Shown: one piece after another, positions 10,634 to 23,243 of the stretch | How positions within the stretch are numbered: position 1 is the first letter of the stretch | How the letters are laid out: every line of letters starts with the position of its first letter | Source of the DNA: Trypanosoma brucei | Lineage: Eukaryota | Assembly: GCA_000002445.1 (NCBI GenBank) | Contig: CM000208.1 | Location: forward strand, 3,456,001 to 3,520,000 | Reading direction: 5' to 3' | Length of the DNA: 64,000 nucleotides | Program-made: the position numbers and the translations under genes | Notes under the pieces: generated by a model | What the model saw: only the letters and a program-made list of their open reading frames with translations | Told to the model about the DNA's origin: nothing | The model's database searches: none

Positions 10634-13231
10634 TTACAACTTCTTACGCGTGAGACTCCTCGATTTCACTGGCGGAGTCGTTACGTTTTCATTGACTTCG
10701 CGTACACCTTGCGTGAAACTGCGGTTCCTGCGGTTGACACTAGCAACTTTGGGGTTGGAACCCGTACCTCTACCACTCCGTCCGCCTACCCCTGTTGCGG
10801 AATCAACGGTAAGCTTACAAGGAGGTGTTAGAGACGGCTTCATTTCACTTTTGATGGATCTCAATGATTCACATCCGTTTTGTTCCATCTCTTCTTCCCT
10901 TGATTGATCCGTCATCGACATCTCCTCCCTTTCGCTCGTATGGTCAAGGGGCGGCAACACTCGCCCGGGAACGGCATCTGGTCGACGTCTGTGGAGCCGT
11001 GGAAAGGACTGTACCGAGCTGGCGCTGCTGCGTTGCGGGTTTGCACAACAAGTGGGGGGTGTTGCCGGAGTTGTTGGTAGGAATGTTGAACCGGACAGTG
11101 AAACCGAAGCACTGAGGCGTGTACCACTAGCGGTTGGAACGGTATCAGACCGCACAATGTCCCTCTTCAGTGCCTGGGGCGTGGTTCCCTGAGATCGCTT
11201 GGTGGCAGCAAATGTATTACGAGTGAAGAGGTTGGGATCATTATCGCTGGCACCAGTTTCACTACGATGTACCTCCAGTGGACGGCCCGCAGTCTCGTCT
11301 GACCTTGCGAGAAGGGCACGGATTCCACGGGCTCCCGCCGCTACAACGACATCACTGGAAACCTGTTTATGAAAGGCCCTCACCTCAGCGCTCGTGCCGT
11401 TTCTTGGCTCGTGGCCATCAGCTTTACCATCGTCAGGACCCGTAACTACCCCGACACCATAAACTTCAGCAATGAAGTCATCCATGAAACTGCTGAACCC
11501 ATCAAAAGACGAAATGGATTGGAGAAGCCGCCACGCAGGATATGATAACACGTCTATTGACCGACAATGTGTTTGGTGTGTGTCACGTGAGCCGTCACTC
11601 CCACCCTCAGGGTATTCACCAGTACTGCTGCCCGCAAGATCAACATCGTAAAGCGTTAAAACAAATTCTTCCATGCTGAAGCTCGGTACTTGCCTCCTGA
11701 GCAACTGGAGAAGGAAGTTACTGACACAGCTGCTGTACCGCTCGTAGACGGAAAACGCCTCGTGAGGATACTCGCGGATCGAACTACTCGCGCCTCCACT
11801 GCCACCCCCCTGCAGAAACAGTTTGTGGTGCTCGAACAAAAAGTTACCCAGTTCGTCAACAACTTTGCGGTTTGACGCCGCCCGTTCCAATACACGCACG
11901 CTCATATGGAAACGATCAAGGGCCTGCTCCGCCGCAGTGGCAAGCAAGTCACCGTCCGCGGTGAATAAAGCCTCCAACCCGGGGCGGTGAGAGGGGGAAA
12001 TTCCCTCTTCCTGTTGCCGCTCAAGGGCTGATCTTGCGTTGTGCCGAGCCCGTTCCGCAGTTACAACATCCATAAGCGTAAGGGGCGCACCAAACGTGCA
12101 GGGTGCACTCGCTAAGCTAACTCCAGGGTCAGCGGTGCTGGGGAAGCTTGTGGTTGATAAGCTCGCGTGTATCGCGGGGATTGAGGTGTCCTTGTAGGCA
12201 CCCAAAGCCGCCAGTGTAAAGGCTTCACTCATGTGGTCCGTTGCGATAAAGTATTTGTTAGATGCGGTGGATGCACCAGCATCACCGTCGCCTTCGGCAC
12301 CGTCTCCCTCCTGGTATGCATCGTACAAACTTAGAAGCACCCGCTCTTGCAATTCAGAAAATGTGCGTGGAGGTTGAGCAAACATCCTGCGTGCCGTTTC
12401 CGGTTGACTTTGATTGTCACTGCCTTCGATGGGTAGGTGGTCCACGGATGATAACGACTGATACTCCTTCCGCTTCTCACCGACTTTTGATTCCTCGGCA
12501 AATATCTCAAGAAGGCGGTCAAATTCACGCCCTGTTTGACTTCCTTCTGATGCTCCTAACCCTTGCAGCGCCTCCCTCACAGCGAGAGGAGTTTCAACAG
12601 ATGCTAGGGGAGAACTTCTACCGCTGGAGTCACATCCGGTATTGCTTTGATCCTTAGTGCTGTTTATACTACAGCTTGTGACATCGTCTCGATGGTGTAG
12701 TGCGTACTTGGGACTCGTTGCGCCATGGGTACCGCCGACCTGCTGAGGTACAGACAACTGGGCCATTCCCAACAAAGGTGCCGAACCCACCGCACCTCTT
12801 CCTTCATTTTCTGTATGGGATTTCTCTCGGTTATTGTCCGCCTTCCCGGTGCCAGCAATCTCACTCCGCGGAAACAGCAGCTGTACAGTACGCTGACGTG
12901 CGACACGGTAAAGCTCCGGATCACTTGTAGACGACTCGGCATCACTTTTGGGAATTTGCGAGGAGGTCAACGACGCGTTACTGACGCTGTCCTTACAGGC
13001 GTTCGCGTTCCGAGGCCGAACTCCCCGCCAGTGCGAGGGATTTCTTACATTTGACCCACTGTCATCACTGCTACCGCTACTCGTGGCACTGTCACTACTG
13101 ATTGACCGCGCGCTTCCCACCGTCGGCTTCTTTGAAGGGTTGGTGCCGCTTCGCGCACTCGTCACCCCCCATTGGCCGCGAGCGGCACGACGGGCACGTT
13201 CAGGGTCAATACGCTTTGGTTTAATGGCCAT
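10634..13231 (-). CDS. Hypothetical Ser/Thr-rich low-complexity protein (865 aa)
   Basis: Long ORF with ATG at 13231, sitting in the same strand and polycistron as its neighbours. No recognisable domain; large disordered S/T/P-rich segments. Confidence 0.5.
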   Translation of the reverse strand: MAIKPKRIDPERARRAARGQWGVTSARSGTNPSKKPTVGSARSISSDSATSSGSSDDSGSNVRNPSHWRGVRPRNANACKDSVSNASLTSSQIPKSDAESSTSDPELYRVARQRTVQLLFPRSEIAGTGKADNNREKSHTENEGRGAVGSAPLLGMAQLSVPQQVGGTHGATSPKYALHHRDDVTSCSINSTKDQSNTGCDSSGRSSPLASVETPLAVREALQGLGASEGSQTGREFDRLLEIFAEESKVGEKRKEYQSLSSVDHLPIEGSDNQSQPETARRMFAQPPRTFSELQERVLLSLYDAYQEGDGAEGDGDAGASTASNKYFIATDHMSEAFTLAALGAYKDTSIPAIHASLSTTSFPSTADPGVSLASAPCTFGAPLTLMDVVTAERARHNARSALERQQEEGISPSHRPGLEALFTADGDLLATAAEQALDRFHMSVRVLERAASNRKVVDELGNFLFEHHKLFLQGGGSGGASSSIREYPHEAFSVYERYSSCVSNFLLQLLRRQVPSFSMEEFVLTLYDVDLAGSSTGEYPEGGSDGSRDTHQTHCRSIDVLSYPAWRLLQSISSFDGFSSFMDDFIAEVYGVGVVTGPDDGKADGHEPRNGTSAEVRAFHKQVSSDVVVAAGARGIRALLARSDETAGRPLEVHRSETGASDNDPNLFTRNTFAATKRSQGTTPQALKRDIVRSDTVPTASGTRLSASVSLSGSTFLPTTPATPPTCCANPQRSSASSVQSFPRLHRRRPDAVPGRVLPPLDHTSEREEMSMTDQSREEEMEQNGCESLRSIKSEMKPSLTPPCKLTVDSATGVGGRSGRGTGSNPKVASVNRRNRSFTQGVREVNENVTTPPVKSRSLTRKKL

Positions 13232-15156
13232 ATAACCCGGAGGAAAAAAAAAAATGGTTCTCAGTTACACACAGAGTCACCAATACACTCGTATATTTTT
13301 TTATGTATATATGTGTACACCAGTATTCTTGCTGATCTCCTTCCCGTGTCGTCAACAATTCGTCCACAATATAGTAACTGATAGCGGATGAAGAGGTAAC
13401 TCTATCCTTTAAGATAGCAGATAAAACAATGGGTAGGAGAGGAGGAAGCCATGTGCAGTGTGGTGCAGGAATAAAAACATTCTGTTGCGTAAATACTAAC
13501 ACAACTTCCAAAATTAACTTCACTATTACAAGAGATGGCACACAACATAAAGCGCAGGTTCCCTGTCGTACTTCTCTTCTGCTCACCCCCACTGATTTGT
13601 TAATTGGTGTACATTTGCACACCTTTCTTCTCTCTAGGTGCTCTTCATACAAAACAACGTTAAACCCAAACATGCAAACTAACAGGATAAATACATCTTT
13701 GTAAACAACACTTTGCCTGACAACATTCCTTTTTTTTGTGTGTGTGCATCCTCTCCCTTTCCCCTTCTCCCCAAAACACACGCACACTCCTTTTATTCAA
13801 CAGCTCGGAGTTTACGGGGGGCAACGCGCAGGTGGTGGATGCAACGGAGGAAATTAAAAGGAGGAAAAAAAAAAAGAAGGGCACAGGGGACGGGGAAGTT
13901 TATGTAACTTTTCCTCATCTAATAGGTGTTTGGGCTATCCACTAATTAAACAAGCGCCCCACACACAAACGAAAAAGGCAATCTCACATTCACTGTTTTT
14001 TTTTGTCCCCCGGCTGATTGCGCTGCAGTCTTTTTCTGAGGTCATAGATCCCTTTTACTTTCCCCTTCCCTCCACCATCACATATACATCAGTGTAAACA
14101 ATCCCCCCTCCCCAAACAATAACAACAACAAAAAAAAAAAAGAAATCCCCTAAGTAAATGAAAAAAAGAAAAAAAAGAGTGGGTGAAAAGAAAAAGGCCA
14201 AGTTCCTTCAGTTAAGGAAGGCAGCAACTACTGCACACACAATGGACTTGCTTCACTCCTGTCTCATTCCATATATGATAGCTAGTCAATACAACGTGAA
14301 CAAATCAAACCCATGGGTGCAAAGTAATCCTTCTTTTTTTCTTATTTTTCCCTCTCTTCTCAAGAAAAAAAAAATACATATATTAATACATATATGTTTA
14401 TATATATTTCTTGTTTCTTTTCCTTCGTGTGGCTCTTTAAGTATGTGTTCCCTCCATTCATCATAACGAATCGATAAAGAAGAAAGGTGGGGCCATCTGT
14501 GGCAGCATTTTGATGGCGAATTTGCTGCCAGATAAGTTAGTGACGCTTATGGCAAAAGAAACGAAGCAAAAAAAAAAAAGAAAAGAGAAAAAGTAACAAA
14601 TGATGACAGTTAATAATGTTATTATTAATTTCATGCGTGTTAGAAAGGCGTAGAGGAGGGATGGGGCGAAGGAAACGAGACAGAATGTTGTCATCACCGT
14701 AGAAAAAGTGTACAAGAATGAACATCATGGAGGAGATCGTGCATACAAATACACAGTGAACATAATTCATGTGAGAACCGTTTTAATTCTTCTACCCTGC
14801 CAATTTAACCAACTCTAACACACTTGAACGTACACATATATACGGCAGAGAGCCACATCAAATTTACGTATCCGATAGCTCCCGCTTTGTTGGTTACTTC
14901 GCTTTTTTTTCTTTTTTCTCTTTGGTTTTTTTTGTCTTGTCATTTCTCCTATAATTTTTTTCTTCAATTTAACATGCCGTACAGATCATGCAGCGCAACC
15001 ACAACAAGTGAGTCCGCTCCAGCACCCCAATAACATCATGAGCGACTCAGCAAAAGTGGTGACTGACACAGGTATACTTTACATATTGATGTGCACTGTG
15101 TATGTATGTAATCGATACAATTCACAACTAAGCACATATCAGAACATGCACAACTC

Positions 15157-16419
15157 CTAATTAGCTGCTGCGGGAAGGGTGCTTGCAGGCCGTCTAACGG
15201 CACTCTCTGCGTATACCTGCGCAGCTGCATCGTGAAGCTTCTTGAACTCAAGGTAACGGTTCATTTGCATGCTCGTCTCCTGATTGGTCGTGCGCCACAA
15301 CGCCGTGCCGCTCTTGAGTGCGGCACTTTCATCCTCCTTCGTTTGTTTTCCGGACTCATCTGCCTTGTTTGTGGATGGCGGGGTCCCACCCTTCTGAGCG
15401 TTAGGCTCTCCTGCTGCTGCTTCTCCGGATCCCGTAGAACCACTGCCATTTGTACGGTCGCTTCTGGCATCCTGAGCATCAAACGCGTCAACATCCTCAA
15501 CATTCCCCTGAGCTCCTGCGTTGCTGTTCGCGTAACTGTCCTTCAAGACACCACTTGCTTGGCTTGCTCCCTCCTTCAACGCCGTGCGATCCCCTGCAGT
15601 GTTGAGTGGGAGCCATACGACACCAGATCCGTAAGGGTGCGAACTGAAATTGAAGCGCTGTTGCTTGCCCCTGACGCTGGGAAGCAACGAATCACGTAGT
15701 ACATCAGCTGGAGGCACTTGGCACTCATGTTTACCCTGCGCATTCACGGCAAAACAGTGACCGCATAAGTGTTCGTCCTCGGGGCATTCAGCGACCATCT
15801 TCTTCGTCTTCTTGTCCTGCTTCCGCACAAGTTCCCTCAACATCTCGATGTGTCTTACCGAAAGTGGCCGAGGCCCACCAGACGCCTTGTGTCCGTCTGT
15901 CACATTCTTTATTGTTTGCAACGCCTCCCGTAAGTCTTCATCAGCCGAGCACACTGGCTGCTGCTCCGCAGAGGCGGATTTGCCTTCCACCACAAGCTCT
16001 TGCCCATCAGTCCCCACAGATTGATCATGCAGCCGAACATCTTCATCTGGAAGTGTGAGGCCGGAACGCAACCGCTCTCGACGGAGCTCCTGCTCTGTGC
16101 GCAGCCGCTCCCTATTTTCGAGTATCAGCAGCTCCTGTAGGCGGTCACGGCGGCGGACCGGTACTGTTAGAGCGGCACGGGCCATGTTACCCCGTGTTGA
16201 CAGCAGCATTTCATCGGGCTCAAATTTGTACGAATTCTTCATGCTCGCCTTTAGGCTTTTCCCACGCAAGGTGTCATTTAGGGCTTTCACGTAAAGCTCA
16301 TCTTTGGTGTGGCAGTTAGAGTGTGGGAGCGTGATATTAAAGGGCTGCGTACCATTGAATGAGCGCTTCTTCTCACAATAGGAGCAGCGGCAGAAGTCTT
16401 TGCACTGCTCACGGAGCAT
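15157..16419 (-). CDS. Hypothetical Cys/His-cluster protein (420 aa from the first ATG); a member of the local paralogous trio
   Basis: The track start 16425 is GTG, and the first in-frame ATG is 16419..16417 (MLREQCKDFCRCSYCEKK). It carries an N-terminal C-x-DFC-x-C cluster, an R/E/L coiled-coil (DRLQELLILENRERLR) and a C-terminal HLCGHCF...HPYGSGVVWLPLN motif. Confidence 0.5.
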   Translation of the reverse strand: MLREQCKDFCRCSYCEKKRSFNGTQPFNITLPHSNCHTKDELYVKALNDTLRGKSLKASMKNSYKFEPDEMLLSTRGNMARAALTVPVRRRDRLQELLILENRERLRTEQELRRERLRSGLTLPDEDVRLHDQSVGTDGQELVVEGKSASAEQQPVCSADEDLREALQTIKNVTDGHKASGGPRPLSVRHIEMLRELVRKQDKKTKKMVAECPEDEHLCGHCFAVNAQGKHECQVPPADVLRDSLLPSVRGKQQRFNFSSHPYGSGVVWLPLNTAGDRTALKEGASQASGVLKDSYANSNAGAQGNVEDVDAFDAQDARSDRTNGSGSTGSGEAAAGEPNAQKGGTPPSTNKADESGKQTKEDESAALKSGTALWRTTNQETSMQMNRYLEFKKLHDAAAQVYAESAVRRPASTLPAAAN

Positions 16420-18025
16420 CCCCACTGTGTTCTCACTCTTTTATTTGATGAAATGCAAAACAAGGAATTGGAACCTTGACTCTTTTCTCTTGAACCTTCC
16501 GCAATATCTAAAGCAAAAAAGGATATTACCAGGCGCACTGCTGCGAGCACCGGTCGTTATGAGAGGTAAAAGGGGAATAGATAAGAATATGAATATGTAT
16601 ATATATATATATTTGTATGTGTTCATTATTTTTCAAGTGGCAGAAGTGAAGTTGTTAGAGGGCGCCAAATCAAATCCTCATGCCTCTTGAGGAGATGTAG
16701 ACAACACTTTAAACACGCACGCACGCACACACGCACACGCAACGGTACCAGTGTTACAATCATACACCCACAAAATACACAAAAAAAGGACGGGGATGGC
16801 GAAACACTTGAGGTCTACATGCATGCGTATGCACCAACACATAGAGATGTGTTTAGATGCGTCTGTGTGTGCGTGTGATTGATGAAGAGAGAAGGAAGTG
16901 AGGAGAGTGGTGATTTGTTACATGCAACTCTCCTTTGCTCTTTGACTCTAAGGGTGGATACAATACATCTTGTGACAGAATGAGATGGCAAGAATAAAAA
17001 CGGACTCAATCCTGTTGCGTTACCACGTGGCGTTACAACTCACACGATGTGGAACGACCATTATCATCCTTGTAGACATTGCGTTGGTGAATGAAAATAT
17101 AAAAAGGGGAAAAGTGCACGAACCCCATCACCAACCACCTCGTGTACATCCCCCACCTCACCTCTCGTTGTTTCCATTATTTACCTCTTTTGCTCGTATT
17201 GCTCGGCTCGTTTGCTCGTTCAGTTTGTTTTTGCTCCCCTCCCTGTGCGTGTACGTGTACGCATCTAACTCACACTCGTAATTACGCGCACAATTGCGTG
17301 CTGCCTTTCCCTCATATTCGTTTCTTTCCGTCTCTTCTTGCTCTTTCTTTCCCTCCTTCGGCACTCCACATGGCGTTTAAGCGGTTATACCGCCTGCAGC
17401 TAACCACAGGTATACTCCCATTGGTATAAGCATGCACACACACATATATATACGCAAGCAGTCTAATGCGAGATTTAAAAGGAAATATATTTTTTTTAAA
17501 AAGCAACTAATTTGCGCGAATTGGGAAAAAAACAAGTTAAGACCCGAGCATAAACAAAAGGAAACAGCAACTTCCTCTCCCACCCGCACACCAGCAAGCC
17601 AAAAGGAGGGCCAATGGAAAAGTTCCACAGAAGGGACTAATCGCACAGAGATCCTATATACATGTATATCGCCCCCATCACTGCATTTACACAGTAAAGA
17701 AGAGGGTAAACCAAAACGGAAAACAACTCACCAGCAACACCAAAAATACGAATACATAAAGAACCAAAAAAGAAAAACGGTGCCAAGTTAACCATCGAAA
17801 ATACAAAGCGACTCGACGTCTGAGACACGCAGAGGCATCAATGACCTACGAGAGCAGCGACCAGGCGGAGGGGGGGGAGGGGTGAAACAAAGCCCACGGG
17901 GCCCACAACCACCCCTCATCGACACAACCAGCTTTTTTCACTCCACGACTACTTCAACCCCAGTAGTATGAAATTCAACAGAAATATGGGGCTAGATTCC
18001 AAGAAGGGGGTTATGTCACCAGTTC

Positions 18026-19039
18026 CTAATTAGTTGTGGTTGGTTGATTCTTCAGGAGTGTTGCTTTCCATAGGTCACGGTTGTCCGTGTTGCCCAACGC
18101 AGCTGAGGTGCCAATGCCGTCGTCAACCACGGCATTCAGGCCACGGCACCAAACCACACCAGCGCCTTCAGGACGGGGACCATACGTATTCAAAGTTCCG
18201 ATAGTCTTCATCCCTTCAATCGGGGGTGTTGCAACGCCTTCGCGAGAAACTGGAGGAGTGCCTGCTCCACACTGCCGATGCAGAACAGCGCCTAGCGCCG
18301 CCGCGTTATCCCGATTGGCGGGGTCGCGAGCAACCGTACGAACTTTTTCAATGACGTGCTGCAGGCGGTGCGAATCTTCGCAATGTGGAGGGGGTGTGAC
18401 GGAACAGCGGTGGGCAGCATCGTACGCTTCACGGACCGTACCCGGCATCACAATGGTGCCCTGCGGTGGTGTAGCACTCTTCACACGCACCTGTTCTTCC
18501 GGTGCATCGAATGGTATCGGGCGTGGCCCCTTTCCAGTTCTCTTCAAAGTTTCGAAGTTCTCTGCATCTGCAGCTGCCTTTACGCGGGATTTGTGCTCAA
18601 GTACGAGAAGGCGCTCGAGACGGTCGAGGTCATCCATCGCATCCTTTTCTTGTTCCTCACGAGTTTTTGCCATGCCATTACTGCCGTTTAGCAGACACTG
18701 TTGTGCGGCTCTTACACCAGGGGGAATCGTGTATTCGCCACCGTGTTGTAAACCGTTGCGGCCCATTTTTGCATTGAGCTCCGTTTGATTCGGGTGGTGC
18801 TCAGGGTCATCCAATTCAAAGGAAGGCTCCTGCGGCTTCCGGTCATAATTACGCTGTGACAGAGAATCGTGGCATTGGCAACAGCAGTTGTGCAGCGCCT
18901 GCTGCTCCCTCAAGTGACTCACAGTTGTCATGAGGGCACTCTTTTTCGCATTTAGATTACGGCGGCTATTGCAGAAGTCACACTGGCAGTGTTGGTGAGA
19001 CTGGTACTGCACCGATACGTGTGGCAACTTGACAGACAT
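18026..19039 (-). CDS. Hypothetical Cys/His-cluster protein (337 aa), paralogous to the 15157..16419 product
   Basis: ATG at 19039. It has an N-terminal HCQCDFC and CCCQCH cluster, a DRLERLLVLEHKSRVK segment that aligns to DRLQELLILENRERLR of the neighbour, and a C-terminal GAGVVWCRGLN motif. Confidence 0.5.
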   Translation of the reverse strand: MSVKLPHVSVQYQSHQHCQCDFCNSRRNLNAKKSALMTTVSHLREQQALHNCCCQCHDSLSQRNYDRKPQEPSFELDDPEHHPNQTELNAKMGRNGLQHGGEYTIPPGVRAAQQCLLNGSNGMAKTREEQEKDAMDDLDRLERLLVLEHKSRVKAAADAENFETLKRTGKGPRPIPFDAPEEQVRVKSATPPQGTIVMPGTVREAYDAAHRCSVTPPPHCEDSHRLQHVIEKVRTVARDPANRDNAAALGAVLHRQCGAGTPPVSREGVATPPIEGMKTIGTLNTYGPRPEGAGVVWCRGLNAVVDDGIGTSAALGNTDNRDLWKATLLKNQPTTTN

Positions 19040-19768
19040 CGTGCACGTTTCTCTCTCCCTTGCGTCACTGCTTTTACAAACACTTCTAGTTTATACTACT
19101 TTCCTCTTTTTTTAAAAAAAATATTGTTACGGCCGCTGTCTTACAGAATAGTAATAACGTCATTATTAATAACAAAGTAAAGGAGGAAAAAGTGAAGGTA
19201 TAAACCACATTCAGTGAAAAAAGAAGGTTAGCAACCGCAAGGAATTGCATTCAAGTGTATGTGTGAGAGAGATAGAGAGAGACACCACTACATACGTTCC
19301 CACGCAGCGCTCGTGGGTTAGACCTCGCACAGTACAAAGTCGACTTTCATGACCCCACTGCACTCCCGAAGTGGCAAAAACTTGCCTCTCAAAGTACTCG
19401 CGCGCACGCTGTAAACAATAAGTTGATGTTTACCTACAAGCGCAGGGAAACACCACCACCAACAAAAGGAAGATAAGAATATCAAATATGGGGTTTAAAA
19501 TATCTTTAAACATCCTTCTGTACCTGCGCATGACACACAAACTGTGCTCTGCATTCCCGATGCTTGTTTATTTACAGACTACATATCCCCCGCAATATCG
19601 TCGCGCACCTGCCGTCCCATTCACGGCAGTAAGCTTCGCAAACGAAAAAAAAAGAAAAAACATCCCTCTGCTGCCTTTCCGCGCCCTTAACTTCTCTCCC
19701 TTCACGGCAATGATCCCTTCCCTCACACCTCATTCACAGAAGCACAGCGGCATTCAACAAGAAGGTTA

Positions 19769-22333
19769 TTAGTCCTCCCCCTTGTCACGGCTCTCCCTAC
19801 AAACTCTGCGCCGAGGTGAAGCAGCTGAAGAGGACTCCGAACTCACCCCTGCAGATGCTCCGCTCACACTTGTGGCTTGCGTCGGATCACGAAACTGTGC
19901 TCCACCCCCGCCTCCTCTTACGGCTTCAGTTGGTGCGTATGCATTTTGTAGTGCCTGCGCTTGCTGAAGCAGAGCCTTTACAGACACTACTAACCACACA
20001 GGGCATTTCTCCTCCAGCACCTCCAACTGCGACTTGAGGAAGGTCTTAAAGAACAACACTGCAATGACAATTATTGCTATGAGCAGAATGGGCGAGGTGA
20101 GGAGATAGTACAACTCATTCCACCCCAACAGCAGCATCACCGGCAATACCCATGGTGGTAAACTTTGTTTCCCACTCTCAATATTACGGAGCTGCATCTG
20201 CAGTGTGAAGTCAGCTTTTTGTTTGTACAGATGGAAGGCGCACTGCAGAGCATTGTGGCTTAGAAGAACGTTGTCTGCATTAACGGTATCAGCGGTCGTA
20301 TCGCCAGAATCCACCACTGACGTGGGAGCATCCAATGGATAACGTGGGACATCTGATATATTGGTGAAGTGAAGAAAAAAATTCTTCTCTGTTCGATTAT
20401 CACGTACTTGGAACCTGCAGCGATCACGAACTAGACGCTGTAACGCACGGGTAGTTCCTTCCCCCTCGACTTCTCCAGCATCTACTTCAACAGGGACAAG
20501 CTTTAGGCGGTAGTACAGCAGGCAGCCCAACAGCACAAGTCCTGCTTGGCGGGCTTGCTTCTCCGCACCGAGGAGACCATCAGTGGTTCGGAAAAAACGC
20601 ACAGTCCCATCCGTCTTGCTAGTGAGAGCTTGTTCGAACACCTGGTGAACCGTTTCCGCCGCATTTTCCGCCATCGCCACAAAGCGATTGCGTAGCTTGT
20701 GTTGGGCTCCCTCCATTGCCGCATGGGCCACACCCTCGCGTACTGCCTGGTCATCCATGATAGCTGTGGCAAACTTTCCATAAAGGGATGACAGTGCGGC
20801 CTGATGGGATTTAGAACACCCATTCAGCATATCAAACGCCCCCTGCAAAGATAAACAAATCCTTTTCCAAAACTCCTCCACGAACAGCCGGCACCTCTTA
20901 TTGTCGACGAGGCCCTCGGCAGTGTCCAGAACGCCTTGTGCGAGTCCACCCCCATCTATTCTATCCCCTTTGTTATCCTTGCCTTCCAAAAGCAAGACAG
21001 ACCGGGCCTCATTTTGAAGCCAACGTACGGCCTCGTCCACACTACTTCCGATTACCCCATCCAACGCTGCAAGAACTGTCACAGCGATACTTTTTGCGTA
21101 CTGCTTGAGCAAATGAAGTTCCATGTCGCCCAGTTCCTCCTCGAGCGCTTCTGCCGTTTCGTGCACAACACTGACCTTATAAAGCTTAGTTTGGTCGGAG
21201 AAGTTTTTCAGTAGCCTCTCTATAGTCTCTTCCAAAGCACGCGTAAACTGAGGAATCACGTCACCGCGTTGTATCTTTTTCGTATATTCCTCGCAAACTT
21301 CTTTGAATTCTTCGATAGCAGCATGCTTCGCATCCGCGCACCGATGCCTTGCGAGCATATCACGCTGCGTAGGAATGTCAAGGTCCTTACTCGAGCAGAT
21401 AGCGTTCCAGCAGTTTGAGAGATATGATGGCATTCCATCGGCTGGGACACCGCGAAACATGCTGCAGTTACTGAAGAGAAAGTTCGAGTTTTTAGGTGAT
21501 ACAAACCACTCGCGGAACTCAGAGACTGCACTGTCAAACTCGGGGCGTTGAAGTTTGTAATGCGGGAGGACCCGATAGCGCAAGTCGAACACCACATCGA
21601 TGGTCGCATCCGTAAATGACTCCGGCTTCTGAATGTTGCCCCATATTTTATCGAAAGACTTCCGAACTGTTTCAAAAGATGGGGCAGGGTCATTCTCCGT
21701 GAAATCACGTAAAACAACCAAAAGCGTGGGTTTTTCCTCCTTCACATAACTACCGTGGGAAAATAGTTGTAAATTCACTTCGAATACCGTGCGAAGAAGG
21801 TTCATATTAGCGGCATTGAAACGACCAACATCGACAGCCCACATGTTAATTATTAGAATATCGGCAACACTGAGCGCAAAGAGGGAAAGTTGGCGCTCGA
21901 AGTTCTGATCTTCGCCTCGTTCAATACCATCGGTGCCTTCGAAGTCCAAAACAAACAGGGGTTGAGGTTTCTCTCTTTTCAATAAGTCTGCTCCTTCACC
22001 TTCCTCTCTTTCCTTCCGGTGAGTTTGTGCATCCAGAATGGCACGAGTCATAAAGGCCCCTTTTGTTGTCTGTCCGCGGTGATGTGCCTCATCCATTGTC
22101 ATAAACTCAGTTTGGAAAAGCGAATTAAGTAGCGTTGACTTACCGCTGCTCTGCCCGCCAAACACACCAACCACATGATAATTGACGCCCGTGCGGTACA
22201 AAATGTCACTGGAACCCTTTCCGGCGAGAGCTGAAATGAGAAAGTCGTTAATGTCAGCTTCTGGAAGTAGCTCACCGTCATCGTTGATGAGATGAATCCC
22301 CTTGACAGCCGTCTCCCCGCTGAAAGCAGCCAT
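19769..22333 (-). CDS. RHD3: RHD3/Sey1 dynamin-like GTPase (atlastin-type ER fusion GTPase), 854 aa
   Basis: ATG at 22333. The GVFGGQSSGKSTLLNSLF P-loop, RGQTTKG, DFEGTDGIERGEDQNFERQLSLFALSVADILIINMW and PTLLVVLRDFTEND blocks align well with what I recall of plant RHD3 and yeast Sey1. There is a C-terminal hydrophobic hairpin (ELYYLLTSPILLIAIIVIAVLFF). Confidence 0.88.
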   Translation of the reverse strand: MAAFSGETAVKGIHLINDDGELLPEADINDFLISALAGKGSSDILYRTGVNYHVVGVFGGQSSGKSTLLNSLFQTEFMTMDEAHHRGQTTKGAFMTRAILDAQTHRKEREEGEGADLLKREKPQPLFVLDFEGTDGIERGEDQNFERQLSLFALSVADILIINMWAVDVGRFNAANMNLLRTVFEVNLQLFSHGSYVKEEKPTLLVVLRDFTENDPAPSFETVRKSFDKIWGNIQKPESFTDATIDVVFDLRYRVLPHYKLQRPEFDSAVSEFREWFVSPKNSNFLFSNCSMFRGVPADGMPSYLSNCWNAICSSKDLDIPTQRDMLARHRCADAKHAAIEEFKEVCEEYTKKIQRGDVIPQFTRALEETIERLLKNFSDQTKLYKVSVVHETAEALEEELGDMELHLLKQYAKSIAVTVLAALDGVIGSSVDEAVRWLQNEARSVLLLEGKDNKGDRIDGGGLAQGVLDTAEGLVDNKRCRLFVEEFWKRICLSLQGAFDMLNGCSKSHQAALSSLYGKFATAIMDDQAVREGVAHAAMEGAQHKLRNRFVAMAENAAETVHQVFEQALTSKTDGTVRFFRTTDGLLGAEKQARQAGLVLLGCLLYYRLKLVPVEVDAGEVEGEGTTRALQRLVRDRCRFQVRDNRTEKNFFLHFTNISDVPRYPLDAPTSVVDSGDTTADTVNADNVLLSHNALQCAFHLYKQKADFTLQMQLRNIESGKQSLPPWVLPVMLLLGWNELYYLLTSPILLIAIIVIAVLFFKTFLKSQLEVLEEKCPVWLVVSVKALLQQAQALQNAYAPTEAVRGGGGGAQFRDPTQATSVSGASAGVSSESSSAASPRRRVCRESRDKGED

Positions 22334-23243
22334 AATGTCACGTAAATAAACGACTTGAGTTCAACTAATAATCCTCCTCCTCCTCCTCCTCTTTCCTGTA
22401 CCCCTTCGTACACGTATCCCAACCTCTACTGCCTTCTCAACCTCACAGTACTCCAAGCAAACCGCTTTCGCCTTTTTTTTCCTTCCGCCAATATCACACT
22501 CGCGATGTCACAACGGGGTGTGAGGCCGGGGAATATATTTAAATAGTAATGATGATAATATAAGCCTCAAGTATCCGAGTACGTGTATTGGTGAGCTCAC
22601 GCGTGTAGGCAGGTTTTTTTTTCTTTTTCCTTTCCCTGTTCCTCCCCCCTAAATGCTCTTTTCCCAGCGGTTTCGCTCCACGGAACCAAATTCTCCCACG
22701 GGGTGATAATTTCTTTTTTTTTAAAAAAAAAGAAACAAATATGCAATAAGCGGCACTGACGTGACTCTCTTACAAGTGCATCATCAAAATGCGAAAAGGT
22801 GGAACCCCCGAAAGGTAAAGAGAAGAGAGAGAGAGAGGAAAAATAAGATTCACCTAAGAACAACTGATGAAAAGGGACACATTGGCAGGACTCGTAGACC
22901 GTAGTAATACACACGAGCAAGCAGCATGTATGACCAAAGAAAGGAAAAGAAAAGAATGGATCGCAAACACTGTCCACCACATGTGCTCATGTGCGTACAA
23001 AAACACGTACATGGCACCGAAACGGCGATCACGTGTCACAGTAAATGACTCTGCGTTGAGGCAAAAAAAAAAAAGAGGAAACAAAAGTACATTAAGAAAA
23101 AAAACAACTTACAAATACAAATAGTGAACCAGAACGGTCAATACCCCCGTTCATGTTCAATTGTTAATGTAGTAGGGAAGTTGTGTTTGAATCTTCAAGG
23201 GCACCGAAAACAGTATGGAACCCCACCATCTAAATTTCTGTAA